Source: Methanonatronarchaeales archaeon (lineage in GTDB: Archaea > Halobacteriota > Methanonatronarchaeia > JAANXF01). Taken from it: a stretch of DNA of 64,000 nt. The translations under genes were made by a program, and so were the position numbers. The stretch covers positions 1,264 through 65,263 of the forward strand of contig JAANXF010000013.1 of NCBI GenBank assembly GCA_018263395.1, read 5' to 3'. Within the stretch, counting starts at the first letter, position 1. Every line of letters begins with the position of its first letter. This document shows, piece after piece, positions 28,538-38,176 of this stretch. The notes beneath the pieces are model-generated. The model was given only the letters and a program-made list of their open reading frames with translations, did no database searches and was not told the origin of the DNA.

Positions 28538-29680
28538 ATGGGCCTCGTCAAGGACCCCGTGCACGGCTTCATCGAGCTTTCGTCGCTGGCCGAACGCCTC
28601 GTAGACACGCCGGAGGTGCAGCGCCTCCGCAGAATAAAGCAGCTCGGCCTCGCGAACCTGGTCTACCCGGGAGCGAACCACACCCGCTTTGAGCACTCCC
28701 TCGGCACGTACCACCTGGCCGACGTGCTGTGCCGCGGCCTCGGAATCGACAGCGACGAGGTCAGGGCCGCCGCGGTGCTGCACGACGTCGGCCACGGCCC
28801 CCTGTCGCACGTCTCGGACGAGAGCGTGAAGGAGCACGGCGGCCCGTCGCACGAGGAGGCCGCCCGGGAAATCGTCACGAGGGGCCGGCTAGCGGAGGTC
28901 CTGGAGGAAGAGGGCCTCGACCCGGGAGGCGTCGCCGACCTGTTCCACGGCGAGGGCAGGTACGGCGAGGTCGTCTCCAGCGAGCTGGACGTCGACAGGA
29001 TGGACTACCTCGCCCGCGACGCCCACTACACCGGCGCGGCCTACGGCGTCACGGACTACGAGCGGCTGATGCACCAGCTCGCACTGGTCGATGACGAGCT
29101 GGTGGTAACGGAGGGCGGCTTCGAGGCCGCCGAGTCCCTGCTGCTGTCCAGGTTCCTGATGCAGCCCACGGTCTACAGGCACCACGTCTCCCGCATAGCG
29201 AAGGCGATGGTGAAGGAGGCGGTCTCCGACGCCATCGAGAACGGCCCGCTCTCGCCCCTGGAGCTTCGCCGTATGGACGACTGCGGGTTCTTCGCGGCGA
29301 TGACGGAGCTCGGCGGTCTGCAGGGGGACACGGCGCGACGCGTGACGGAGAGACGCCTCTACAAGAGGGCGCTCTGGAAACCCCTCTCGGGCCGCCTGGA
29401 GGAGGCGCTCGGAGACGCCGGAGAGGTGAGGAGAGAGGTCGCGTACGCCGCCGACGTCGAGCCCCGCCGCGTACTCCTGGACCCTCCGCCGTCCCCCGAG
29501 ATGGAGGAGCTGTCGCTCAAGGTTGAGTCGGGCGGCGACGTGGTCCCCATGTCTGAGGCCTCCGGCGTCGTGGCTATGCTTAAGGAGGCTCAGAGGGAGA
29601 GCTGGATGCTGGGCGTCTACTGCCCGGCGGAGGACGTGGAAGTTGTCGGAGAAGCGGCGGAGAGAGTCCTCGGGGACTGA
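28538..29680 (+). CDS. HD-domain phosphohydrolase (dNTPase-like)
   Basis: KDPVHG, QRLRRIKQLG, HTRFEHSLG, LHDVGHGP, DVDRMDYL. Confidence 0.93.
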   Translation: MGLVKDPVHGFIELSSLAERLVDTPEVQRLRRIKQLGLANLVYPGANHTRFEHSLGTYHLADVLCRGLGIDSDEVRAAAVLHDVGHGPLSHVSDESVKEHGGPSHEEAAREIVTRGRLAEVLEEEGLDPGGVADLFHGEGRYGEVVSSELDVDRMDYLARDAHYTGAAYGVTDYERLMHQLALVDDELVVTEGGFEAAESLLLSRFLMQPTVYRHHVSRIAKAMVKEAVSDAIENGPLSPLELRRMDDCGFFAAMTELGGLQGDTARRVTERRLYKRALWKPLSGRLEEALGDAGEVRREVAYAADVEPRRVLLDPPPSPEMEELSLKVESGGDVVPMSEASGVVAMLKEAQRESWMLGVYCPAEDVEVVGEAAERVLGD

Positions 29681-30230
29681 GCGTTTAATCGTCGCCATCA
29701 CGGGGGCCAGCGGCATCGCCTACGGAGCCCGTCTCCTGAAGGTCCTGGAGAACGAGGTCGAGACCCACCTCGTCCTCACCAGGGCCGCGGAGAAGGTCAT
29801 GGGAATCGAGACCGACCTCGAACCGGACGACCTCGCGGACCTGGCCGACCAGACCCACTCCCCCGACGACATAGCGGCCCCGATCGCCTCCGGCTCCTTT
29901 CCCGGCGACGCCATGGTCGTCGCGCCCTGCAGCATGAAGACCCTCTCCGCCATCGCCCACGGCTACGCCGACAATCTCGTCACGCGGGCCGCCGACGTAA
30001 ACCTCAAGGAAAATCGTCCACTCGTACTCGTTCCGCGGGAGGCCCCGCTGAACGACGTGCACCTCGAAAACATGCTCACCGTTTCCCGGGGCGGCGCCAC
30101 GGTGCTCCCCGCCTCCCCCGGCTTCTACCACGGACCCGAGACGGTGGAGGACCTCGTCGACTTCGTCGTCGGACGCGTCCTCGACACCCTCGAAATGCAG
30201 CACGACCTCTACGAGAGGTGGAAAGGGTGA
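29643..30230 (+). CDS. ubiX: Flavin prenyltransferase
   Basis: AITGASG, IASGS, PCSMKT, RAADV.LKE, PGFY; start taken at in-frame TTG 29643. Confidence 0.93.
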   Translation: MSEKRRRESSGTERLIVAITGASGIAYGARLLKVLENEVETHLVLTRAAEKVMGIETDLEPDDLADLADQTHSPDDIAAPIASGSFPGDAMVVAPCSMKTLSAIAHGYADNLVTRAADVNLKENRPLVLVPREAPLNDVHLENMLTVSRGGATVLPASPGFYHGPETVEDLVDFVVGRVLDTLEMQHDLYERWKG

Positions 30231-31516
30231 CCACGCCGATGCGCCGCTTCCTGGACAGCGTCGACCACTACGATGTGGAGCGCGAGGTCTCACCGCGCTT
30301 CGAGATGCCGGCGGTGGCGGCGGAGGCCGAGAAACCCGTCGTGTTTCGAAACGTGGAGGGCTCGGACCACGGAGCCGTCTTCAACCTCGCCGGCACCAGG
30401 CACCTACTCGCCCACAGCATGGGGTGCGCCCCGGAGGACACCACGGAGTGCCTACTCCACGCGATGGAGAAGCCGGGCGAGGTGCACGTCGAGGACCAGA
30501 GAGACGGCTGGCGAGAGGACCTCTCCATCCACGACCTCCCCGTCGCCACGCACTTCGAGAGGGACGGCGGCCCCTACCTAACCGCCGGCGTCGTGGTCGC
30601 GGAGCTCGACGGCGAACGCAACGCCTCCATCCACCGCATGATGGTCCGGGACGACGGAAATCTGGGGATACGGGTCGTGCCCCGGCACCTCCGCCGCATG
30701 TTCGAGGAGTCCGAGCGCCGCGGCGAGGACCTCCGCGTCGGGGTCGCTCTCGGCCTCGAACCCGCCACCCTGCTCGCCGTCTCCACCCGCGTCCCGTACG
30801 GCTTCGACGAGTTCGGACTCGCCGCCGGCCTCCTGGACCGCGAGTTCGACCTGGAAAGGACGCCGGGCGGCGCCCACGTCCCGCGGTGCGAGATCGCGCT
30901 CGACGCCCGGATACTCGCCGACGTCCGGGAGCCCGAGGCCCCGTTCGTAGACATCACCGGCACCTACGACGAGGTCCGGCAGGAACCGGTTATCGAGATC
31001 GACGCCATCCGCGCCCCGGAGGACGCCCTCTACCAGGGCATCGTGCCCGCCGGACGGGAGCACGCCCTGCTCATGGGGACGCCGTACGAGTCCGTCATAT
31101 ACCGCAGCGCCTCCAACTCCGGGGACGTGCTGGACGTCGCCATGACGCCGGGGAGCCGCAACTACCTCGGCTGCGTCGTGAAGATGCGAACCGGCACCGG
31201 CGACCCCACCAACGTCGGCATAGCCGCCCTCTCAGCCCACCCGAGCATGAAGCATGTCACCGTCGTCTCCGAGGACGTCGACGTCTACTCCGCCCAGGAC
31301 GTGGAGTACAGCGTCTCCACCCGGTTCCGCGCCGACCGCGATCTCACCGTCATCGACGACGTGAAGGCCTCCAGCCTCGACCCCCGCAAGGACGAAGACG
31401 GCAAGACCGGCAAGATGATAGTCGACGCCACCGTCAAGGGCGACGACCCCAGCAGGTTCAAGGAGGAGAGCATGCCGGGGCAGGGGGATGTTGAGTTGGG
31501 GGAGTACGTGGAGTAA
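30227..31516 (+). CDS. UbiD-family prFMN decarboxylase, likely anhydromevalonate phosphate decarboxylase
   Basis: DGGPYLTAG, NASIHRM, EAPFVDITGTYD, ASSLDP, KMIVDAT. Confidence 0.9.
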   Translation: MTTPMRRFLDSVDHYDVEREVSPRFEMPAVAAEAEKPVVFRNVEGSDHGAVFNLAGTRHLLAHSMGCAPEDTTECLLHAMEKPGEVHVEDQRDGWREDLSIHDLPVATHFERDGGPYLTAGVVVAELDGERNASIHRMMVRDDGNLGIRVVPRHLRRMFEESERRGEDLRVGVALGLEPATLLAVSTRVPYGFDEFGLAAGLLDREFDLERTPGGAHVPRCEIALDARILADVREPEAPFVDITGTYDEVRQEPVIEIDAIRAPEDALYQGIVPAGREHALLMGTPYESVIYRSASNSGDVLDVAMTPGSRNYLGCVVKMRTGTGDPTNVGIAALSAHPSMKHVTVVSEDVDVYSAQDVEYSVSTRFRADRDLTVIDDVKASSLDPRKDEDGKTGKMIVDATVKGDDPSRFKEESMPGQGDVELGEYVE

Positions 31517-31524
31517 GCTGTTAG

Positions 31525-32472
31525 TTAGAGCCTTTGGATACGGTCGTAGAATACTTCGTGGAATCTCTCACCGTGTTCTAATAACCAGTTGAGGTACTCT
31601 TCCCAATTGTTTTTGTTGGTAATGTCTGCATGCCTAGTGGCCAAAATTTTACTACGTTCTTTTCCGGACCGTGTTTCTTCTGGCTCGTTCCAAGATAGAT
31701 TCTCCTTGAATTCCGCATCTATCTCATCCTTTTCCTCCGCTAACTGCCAATACGCCTCGGCGTCATCAGGAATGATTAGTGAAGTTCGTATTTCTTCATC
31801 TCTAGAGTTGATACTGAATGTGAGCTTAAATCCGGTTTTTCCTATTGGGTTGTTATACCAGTGTTGTGGCTTAGGTTTTCGCGCACTTAATGCTGTACTG
31901 CGTTCTTCTATAATATCTCTAAATTCGGTCCAGAACTCTTCCTGTAACTTTTTTGTTTCAGTAAGTTCGCCCTTAGACCTTTGAGCTTTTTCTTTCCATT
32001 CGCTGGGCTCTGCGACAGGATTTAATCGTACGGCTGGCTTGGACTCGCCTATTCGCCAAACCTCTAAACGGATTGCAAATAAGTCAACACCTTCTCTACT
32101 ACTCTCGTTCAACCATTGTACAGCATCGCGGTGCTCATCGTGAAACCTAGGAGATATCCAAGCAATTATGTCGGCATCAACTCCCGAAGCATACGCTATG
32201 GCCTTTCCAAGGTGGTCGTGGTTTGAGGTGTTTAGCTGGTTTTCGATGACGACTTTACGATTATCATCTACCACTTCAGCCAAGATGTCGACATTGTATC
32301 GCCCAACGCTTTTCTCTTCCTCAATAATTTCGAGGTCTAATCCCAGTGCATCCTCTAGGTCAGATGTGCCCTCTTTACGTATCTCGTCGGCCAGCCAAGG
32401 TGTGAAATCTTGAGCTTCATGCTTCCAGTAATTACGGACCTCTTGGGATTTGAGGGAGGCGAATTCAGGCAC
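31525..32472 (-). CDS. DUF4268-containing protein with N-terminal PD-(D/E)XK nuclease-like domain
   Basis: HEAQDFTPWL, VDILA, IENQL, HDHLGK; markedly AT-rich. Confidence 0.85.
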   Translation of the reverse strand: MPEFASLKSQEVRNYWKHEAQDFTPWLADEIRKEGTSDLEDALGLDLEIIEEEKSVGRYNVDILAEVVDDNRKVVIENQLNTSNHDHLGKAIAYASGVDADIIAWISPRFHDEHRDAVQWLNESSREGVDLFAIRLEVWRIGESKPAVRLNPVAEPSEWKEKAQRSKGELTETKKLQEEFWTEFRDIIEERSTALSARKPKPQHWYNNPIGKTGFKLTFSINSRDEEIRTSLIIPDDAEAYWQLAEEKDEIDAEFKENLSWNEPEETRSGKERSKILATRHADITNKNNWEEYLNWLLEHGERFHEVFYDRIQRL

Positions 32473-32582
32473 TTAAGAAGAATTTAGATATGGTTTTATA
32501 AAGATTAGGAGTGTCGTGATGAACCATATCTGATTGGCTCTCTGGCTTATTAGGAGGTCTCCGTCGACGTAGTCGTGGGTCG

Positions 32583-32837
32583 TCATCGGATCCGTACGAC
32601 TTCGGGCGATGACCCTACCTTTCGAAGGTAGACATTGGTTTCGGGCCTTGTGGAGGCTGTCTCCTTTACGACCTCCCGGTGCTCGCCGACGCAGATGACG
32701 TCCTCCGCTTCGAGGTCGATGGCGACGACTTCGCCCAGATGCTCTGCCTCGAGTTCCTCCCGGAATCTCGCGTAGACCTCCTCCCCTTTTTCCCTGTCGT
32801 GTTTGAGTTCCTCCGAGGCGTAGAAATCCATCGTCAC
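32583..32837 (-). CDS. DUF5678-like small protein
   Basis: EHLGEVVAID...YLRKVG pattern. Confidence 0.65.
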   Translation of the reverse strand: MTMDFYASEELKHDREKGEEVYARFREELEAEHLGEVVAIDLEAEDVICVGEHREVVKETASTRPETNVYLRKVGSSPEVVRIR

Positions 32838-32885
32838 TACATGGATGCACCTGATTAATAATGTGGCCTTTCTGAGCTGGACGGG

Positions 32886-32948
32886 TTAGGGGTTGCTTTC
32901 GTCGATCTCTTTCGCCTCGTCGAGGAATCTCTCAGCTTTTCTGTCCAT
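32886..32948 (-). pseudogene. Possible HEPN-domain remnant (20 codons)
   Basis: MDRKAERFLDEAKEIDESNP* overlaps the MNT stop, where a HEPN partner normally begins. Confidence 0.4.
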
Positions 32949-33612
32949 CGAGGACTCCCTGCGTTACGTCGTCGAGGTCTCCTTTCAGGGCGATGCCTTC
33001 CATGAGGATGTCGCGCATTTTCGGGCCGTAGTTCTGTACGCCTTTCCGGCTCTTGACCATCGTCTGGAACACGTATCTTTCCCCGCCGAACCGCCTGTTT
33101 TCCACGTTCTTCCTCGCGTCCTGGACCTCTTGCCGGGTCGCCGGGTCGACCGTTTCGTAGATCAGCAGGAGGTCGATGTCGCTCCTCCGGTCGGCCGCTC
33201 CCCTGGCGACGCTTCCGAAGAGCACGACGGTCTCGGGCTCGACGTTCCTCTCGGCCAGCTCGTCGAGGAATCCGTACACGGGTGCTCTGTACTCCTCCTG
33301 AGGGATTTTGAGGATTGGTTCTCGTGGGCTCTCGACCCGTTTCTGGTTGATCCGTATCAGCCGCCGCCTGCCCTCCCGCCTTTCCCGGATCAGGTCCAGG
33401 TCATTCAGGAGCCTGAGCGCCACATCCACGGTCTCTCCCCCGTGGCCGGAGATCTCCCGCAGCTCCGTGACCGTGAACTCCTCGTTGAGGTTCTTTACGA
33501 GGAGGGTCAGAACGTCCTGCATCGCCTGGTTTCGGAACACTCGGTCCGTCGGCAACGGGAGCGTGAGTTCGATCGACACACAGTTTTCGTCAATCATGCT
33601 GACAATAGTCAA
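32932..33612 (-). CDS. HTH + minimal nucleotidyltransferase (MNT antitoxin-like)
   Basis: wHTH N-terminus; VLFGSVARG.A...SDIDLL. Confidence 0.85.
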   Translation of the reverse strand: MTIVSMIDENCVSIELTLPLPTDRVFRNQAMQDVLTLLVKNLNEEFTVTELREISGHGGETVDVALRLLNDLDLIRERREGRRRLIRINQKRVESPREPILKIPQEEYRAPVYGFLDELAERNVEPETVVLFGSVARGAADRRSDIDLLLIYETVDPATRQEVQDARKNVENRRFGGERYVFQTMVKSRKGVQNYGPKMRDILMEGIALKGDLDDVTQGVLDGQKS

Positions 33613-33745
33613 TAATGATGACGATACTTAACTCTTCGTCCTGTCGGTTGAGCAGTCGAGTGGCGGATAGATATGTCTCACAAATTCGTGGACGATTTCT
33701 CTCCCCTCTTTACTCCTCCTCGACGTGTTCTCCGCAGATAACGCA

Positions 33746-34138
33746 TTATTCGAAAGCGGCGTCGATACCGACTTTGTCGAAGTCGGAGTCGTTGGTGTAA
33801 CTCTTGTCGCAGTCGAGTCGTTCGGCGGTTACGAGGTGGAGGGCGTCCTCCATGTCGAATCCTGCCTCAGCTACCAGCTCGTCGGCTCGAAGGTAGTCAT
33901 TCATCGTTAGCTCTGCGACGGTGAGGTGTTTGAGGTCGTCCAGGAGCTCCAGCATCGTCTCCCGGTCGTAGTTCTCGGCCTCGTTCTTCAGGACGACGTG
34001 GATTATCCACGGAGTGAGGGCTGAAGTGGCGGCTCGCTCCCCTCCCTCGATACGTCCCACGATTTCTCTGGCCGTATCGCCGAACTCCGGGTGGTCGATG
34101 AGCCAGTAGATCAGGACGTTTACATCGACGTATTTCAA
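33746..34138 (-). CDS. vapC: PIN-domain toxin
   Basis: YVDVNVL, DALH, TNDSDFD. Confidence 0.88.
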   Translation of the reverse strand: MKYVDVNVLIYWLIDHPEFGDTAREIVGRIEGGERAATSALTPWIIHVVLKNEAENYDRETMLELLDDLKHLTVAELTMNDYLRADELVAEAGFDMEDALHLVTAERLDCDKSYTNDSDFDKVGIDAAFE

Positions 34139-34380
34139 GCGTCGGCCTCTTTTTGGGTGTACTCCTCCGTTTTCTCGTCGATCTCCTCCGCCGAGAGCGG
34201 TGGCGCCCTGAAGGCGCCTCTGCCTCTTTCCGCGACGGGCTCTGTTCTCTCGATGACGAGGTGTCCCTCCTCTACGTGGGCCTCTACGAACGCTCCCTCC
34301 TCTACGTGGGCCTCCCGACGTAACTCGACCGGGAGGTAGATTCTCCCCTGCTCGTCAACCTTGACTCTGGCCTTCCCCAT
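34135..34380 (-). CDS. vapB: AbrB/MazE-family antitoxin
   Basis: KVDEQGRIYLPVELR; overlaps the PIN gene start. Confidence 0.85.
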   Translation of the reverse strand: MGKARVKVDEQGRIYLPVELRREAHVEEGAFVEAHVEEGHLVIERTEPVAERGRGAFRAPPLSAEEIDEKTEEYTQKEADA

Positions 34381-34417
34381 GATTCCAAGCATGGATGTTT
34401 TTCCATAAACTTATAAT

Positions 34418-34442
34418 TTACCAAAAGTTCTAACTATGGTAA
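34418..34442. promoter_or_regulatory. Imperfect inverted repeat next to the vapBC TATA box (candidate operator)
   Basis: TTACCAAAAGTT-CT-AACTATGGTAA adjacent to TTATAA. Confidence 0.45.
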
Positions 34443-34492
34443 CGGCCGGGACGCTTGGAAAACTTGTGGCGAACCCGTATTTGTATGTTCCG

Positions 34493-35863
34493 TCACCTCC
34501 CCTCAACGAACACCGGCCCCTCCCCGAGCTCCAGCTCCTCCGCTGTCGTCTCCGTCTCCGTGCCGTCAACCTCCGTCACGGTGACGGGGCCGGAGAGTTC
34601 TGCCGGGGCTTCGGAGCTGCCCCACAGGACGTAGACTTCCCGCCCCTCCACCGTGAATTTGTAGGCGCCCTCCTCCAGCTTCTCCACTGCCGTGAATTCG
34701 TCGAGTTTCTCCACCATCGTGCCGTAGGCGTGGTACGGGACCTGCTTCTCTCCCCGGAGGAGCAGAGAGGTCTCGAGGTCACCGGGGGACTTCGTGAGGC
34801 CGACGTAGACTATTTTCTGGGCACCAGCGGCGTAGGCCCGGACGAAGCTCTTCGTGATGTAGTCCGCCCATTCCTCGGGGGAGAGCCGGTCCCTGCCGAG
34901 GGCCCGGGCGGAGTACTGGGCCTCTGTCACCCAGAACGGCTTTTCCACGTCGTTCTCGTCGAGGAAGGTGGCGTACTTCGAGGCGTAGAGATCGTAGGAC
35001 TCCAGGCCGATGGAGTGGACGTTGGCGATGTCGAAATACTGGGCGCCGCCGAGGTCGTAGACCTCTTCCCAGAAGTCGGCGGTCTCGTGCTCGGCGGAGG
35101 CGGCGCCGCCCTGCACCACGGTGGCGTCCGGGTCGGCTGCCTCCACGGCTCCATGGGTGGCGCGAAGAATCTCGAAATAGTCCGGCGGTGTCCCGGTGAA
35201 GAATGTTAGCTCTTCCTGCATGGATGGCTCGTTGGAGACCTCCCAGTACCTCACCGGGTACTTCAGGCCCGGCATGTCGTCCACGCCATCGCCGTCGTAC
35301 CGCTCCACCGCCCTGCGTACGAACTCGCGGTAGGCCTCCAGGTCGCACGGCGGCCCGCGGTATCTGCCTAGCTCCCGGAACTCCCGGGCCCGGTCCTCCG
35401 GTAGGGGGGTCCGGCACCGGGACTGGTCCCATTCGGCGTAGGGCCAGAGCGTGACGATGAGGTTGAAGCCGTGGCCCTGCGCCTCCTTTACAGCGCGGTC
35501 CGTCCGGCTCCAGTCGTATTGTCCGGGCTCCCGCTCCACCTCGCCCCAAATGAACGCGCCGGGATGGGGCCGGGACCATCGGGCGCCGAGATCAGCGGCC
35601 TCTCCGTACGCATCCTCCGGATGCATGAAGCCGAAATGAGAGTCCTCACCGGGAAGGGTGGTGCTCACCCCCGAGGGCTGTGTGTCCTCCGGCGGTCTCT
35701 CCGTCTCCGGAAGCGGGGAACCGATTGGCGAGCTCTCCGGAGATGTGTCTCGTTCTCCGGGCGTCACGTCGGGGCCGGAGTCGGTGGTGCATCCCGCCAC
35801 TAGGACGAGGAGGGCCACCGCGAGAACGACAGCGACGAGGCGAGAGGTTCGGTGTCTGGCCAC
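34493..35863 (-). CDS. Lipoprotein glycoside hydrolase, clan GH-A (GH39/GH5-like)
   Basis: Lipobox VAGC; WEVSNEP acid/base and WVTE nucleophile motifs; start taken at GTG 35863. Confidence 0.82.
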   Translation of the reverse strand: MARHRTSRLVAVVLAVALLVLVAGCTTDSGPDVTPGERDTSPESSPIGSPLPETERPPEDTQPSGVSTTLPGEDSHFGFMHPEDAYGEAADLGARWSRPHPGAFIWGEVEREPGQYDWSRTDRAVKEAQGHGFNLIVTLWPYAEWDQSRCRTPLPEDRAREFRELGRYRGPPCDLEAYREFVRRAVERYDGDGVDDMPGLKYPVRYWEVSNEPSMQEELTFFTGTPPDYFEILRATHGAVEAADPDATVVQGGAASAEHETADFWEEVYDLGGAQYFDIANVHSIGLESYDLYASKYATFLDENDVEKPFWVTEAQYSARALGRDRLSPEEWADYITKSFVRAYAAGAQKIVYVGLTKSPGDLETSLLLRGEKQVPYHAYGTMVEKLDEFTAVEKLEEGAYKFTVEGREVYVLWGSSEAPAELSGPVTVTEVDGTETETTAEELELGEGPVFVEGR

Positions 35864-35952
35864 GGACACACTTCTAATTAAGCTTACATAAGCGTATCTG
35901 AGGTGGTCATGGTCGTCAACCATTTACTCCTCAGGGAAGAGGTAGACGGAAG

Positions 35953-37104
35953 TTGCACCTCACGCGCGAGGAGGAGTCGGTCCTCGACGGAGAGCAGGGT
36001 CCCGGGGCCGCAAAGTGCATGGAGATTCTGGCGGCGCTGGGAGACGTCTACGGAGCGGACCGTTTGATACCGGTGGAGTCGGTACAGGTCGCCGGCGTCT
36101 CATACCGAACCGTGGGGGAGGCCGGGCTGGAGTTCCTCGAGGACCTCGCGGCCAGCGGCGCCTCGGCCACGGTGCCGTCCAGGCTGAACCCTGCCGGGAT
36201 GGACCTGGAGCGCTGGAGGGAGATGGGGGTCCCGGCGGGTTTCGCGGAGAGGCAGCTCCGCGTCGTCGAGGCCTACCGCTCCATCGGGGTCGAGCCGGCC
36301 TGCACCTGCACCCCCTACTACCTGGAGGAGCCCGGGCTCGGCGACCACCTCGCGTGGAGCGAGTCCTCCGCAGTCAGCCACTCCAACTCCGTCCTCGGCG
36401 CCCGCACGAACAGGGAGGGGGGACCCAGCGCCCTGGCCGCCGCCGTGGTCGGGAGGACGCCGAACTACGGACTGCACCTCGACGAGAACCGGGTTCCGGA
36501 CGTCAGGGTCGAGACGGGTTACGAGCCCGAGGGGACGGCGGGCTACGGGGCGCTCGGCGTGGCGGCCGGCGAGGCCCTGGGAAACCGGGTCCCGGTCCTT
36601 GACCTGGGGTCGCCGAGCCGGGACGAGCTGAAGTCACTCGGAGCCGCCATGGCGTCCACCGGCTCCGTCGCGCTCTACCACGTCGAGGGCGTCACTCCGG
36701 AGGTGGGCTCCATGGAGTACGAGGTCGAGGAGACCATCCGCGTGGAGGAGCCGGAGCTGGAGGTCGGGGACGACGTCGACCTCGTCGCCCTAGGATGCCC
36801 CCACCTCAGTGGCGAAGAACTGCGGCGCGCCGCGGAGGGCCTGGAGGAGGTCTCGACGCCCATTTGGCTCTTCGTCTCCGCCGCGGTGAGGGGGCTTAAC
36901 CCGGAGGCCGCGGAGATGCTGGAGGGGGCCGGGGCCCGGGTGTTCACAGACACCTGCATGGTGGTGTCGCCGCTGGACGAAATGGGTTACCGCAGGGTAC
37001 TCGTGGACAGCGGCAAGGCCTACACATATCTCCCCGGGCTAACCGGCGTCGAGGCCCGGTTCGCGTCGACGGAGAGGTGCCTGGAGGTTGCCGCAGGTGG
37101 CTGA
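35953..37104 (+). CDS. Aconitase X catalytic subunit (phosphomevalonate dehydratase large subunit)
   Basis: GVSY, CTCTPY, WSESSA, NSVLGARTNREG, GCPH, DTCMVV. Confidence 0.93.
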   Translation: MHLTREEESVLDGEQGPGAAKCMEILAALGDVYGADRLIPVESVQVAGVSYRTVGEAGLEFLEDLAASGASATVPSRLNPAGMDLERWREMGVPAGFAERQLRVVEAYRSIGVEPACTCTPYYLEEPGLGDHLAWSESSAVSHSNSVLGARTNREGGPSALAAAVVGRTPNYGLHLDENRVPDVRVETGYEPEGTAGYGALGVAAGEALGNRVPVLDLGSPSRDELKSLGAAMASTGSVALYHVEGVTPEVGSMEYEVEETIRVEEPELEVGDDVDLVALGCPHLSGEELRRAAEGLEEVSTPIWLFVSAAVRGLNPEAAEMLEGAGARVFTDTCMVVSPLDEMGYRRVLVDSGKAYTYLPGLTGVEARFASTERCLEVAAGG

Positions 37105-37495
37105 AATCCTTAGGGGAAGGGGACTCTCCCGGGGCGTCGCGAAGGGCGAGCTCCTGCTTGCGACCGATGCCCTCTCATTCCTCGGCGGCGTCGACCCGGA
37201 GACCGGCGTCATAGTGGAGAGGGGGCACGACGCGGAGGGGCGCAGCGTCGCGGACAGGGTACTGGCGTTTCCCCGGGGCAAGGGCTCCACGGTCGGGTCG
37301 TACGTCCTGTACCAGCTGGAGAGGAACGGAGTCGCTCCCGCCGCCGTTATAAACGAGGAGTCCGAGGCCATCGTGGCCGTCGGCGCCGTGATGGCCGGCA
37401 TCCCGCTCGTGGACGGCGTCGCACTCTCGGACCTGGTGGACGGCTCGAGCGTGAGGGTCGACGGCTCATCCGGCACCGTCGAGGTCCTGGGTTAG
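37097..37495 (+). CDS. Aconitase X swivel subunit, DUF126 (phosphomevalonate dehydratase small subunit)
   Basis: SFLGGVDPETG, GKGSTVGSY. Confidence 0.92.
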   Translation: MAEILRGRGLSRGVAKGELLLATDALSFLGGVDPETGVIVERGHDAEGRSVADRVLAFPRGKGSTVGSYVLYQLERNGVAPAAVINEESEAIVAVGAVMAGIPLVDGVALSDLVDGSSVRVDGSSGTVEVLG

Positions 37496-37534
37496 ATGGG
37501 GAACCTTCTTTTCCGGCCGCACTGATTAACCGGC

Positions 37535-38173
37535 ATGAACCTCCTCCTCCTGACGGACGTCCACGGCGCAGTCGACCGGCTGGAGAGAATCATCGAGACC
37601 GCCGGAGAGGTGGATTACGTTCTGCTGGCCGGCGACCTGACCGACTTCGGGCCTCCCGGGGTGGCGGAGGAGGTCGTAGACGTGCTGCAGGAGGCGGCGC
37701 CGGTCCTCGCGGTTCCGGGGAACTGCGACCCGGACGGGGTGGACGACGTCCTGGAGGAGAGGGGGGTCCAAGTCGACGGCAGAATCGCGCGGATGGACGG
37801 GTACCAGGTGGCGGGTCTTGGGGGCTCCAACCCGACGCCGTTCAACACGGACAGGGAGTTCACGGAGGAGGAGCTCGCGGAGAGGCTGGAGGTAGCGTCG
37901 GACGCCGAGGACCCGTGGATACTGGTGACCCACGCGCCCCCGAAGAACAGCCTCGACCTGACCCAGGGGGCCCACGTCGGCAGCAGCGCCGTCTTCGACG
38001 CCGTGGAGAGGAGGGCCCCCGTCCTGGTGGCCACGGGCCACGTCCACGAGTCGAGGGGCGACATGTTCCTCGGAGGCTCCCTCGTGGTGAACCCCGGTCC
38101 GGCGATGAGCGGCAGGGGAGCCGTGGTGACGCTGAACGGGGATCCCGAGGTCAGGTACCTTAAGGTAAAGTAG
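37535..38173 (+). CDS. Metallophosphoesterase
   Basis: DVHG, GDLT, GNCD, HAPP, GHVHE, NPG. Confidence 0.92.
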   Translation: MNLLLLTDVHGAVDRLERIIETAGEVDYVLLAGDLTDFGPPGVAEEVVDVLQEAAPVLAVPGNCDPDGVDDVLEERGVQVDGRIARMDGYQVAGLGGSNPTPFNTDREFTEEELAERLEVASDAEDPWILVTHAPPKNSLDLTQGAHVGSSAVFDAVERRAPVLVATGHVHESRGDMFLGGSLVVNPGPAMSGRGAVVTLNGDPEVRYLKVK

Positions 38174-38176
38174 GGC

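Noticed and set aside
32516-32533. GTGATGA...CTGA as a box C/D sRNA
   Set aside because: Only 7 nt between boxes and no second box pair
34264-34314. Tandem repeat inside vapB (EAHVEEG twice)
   Set aside because: Short in-frame coding duplication with no evident further meaning
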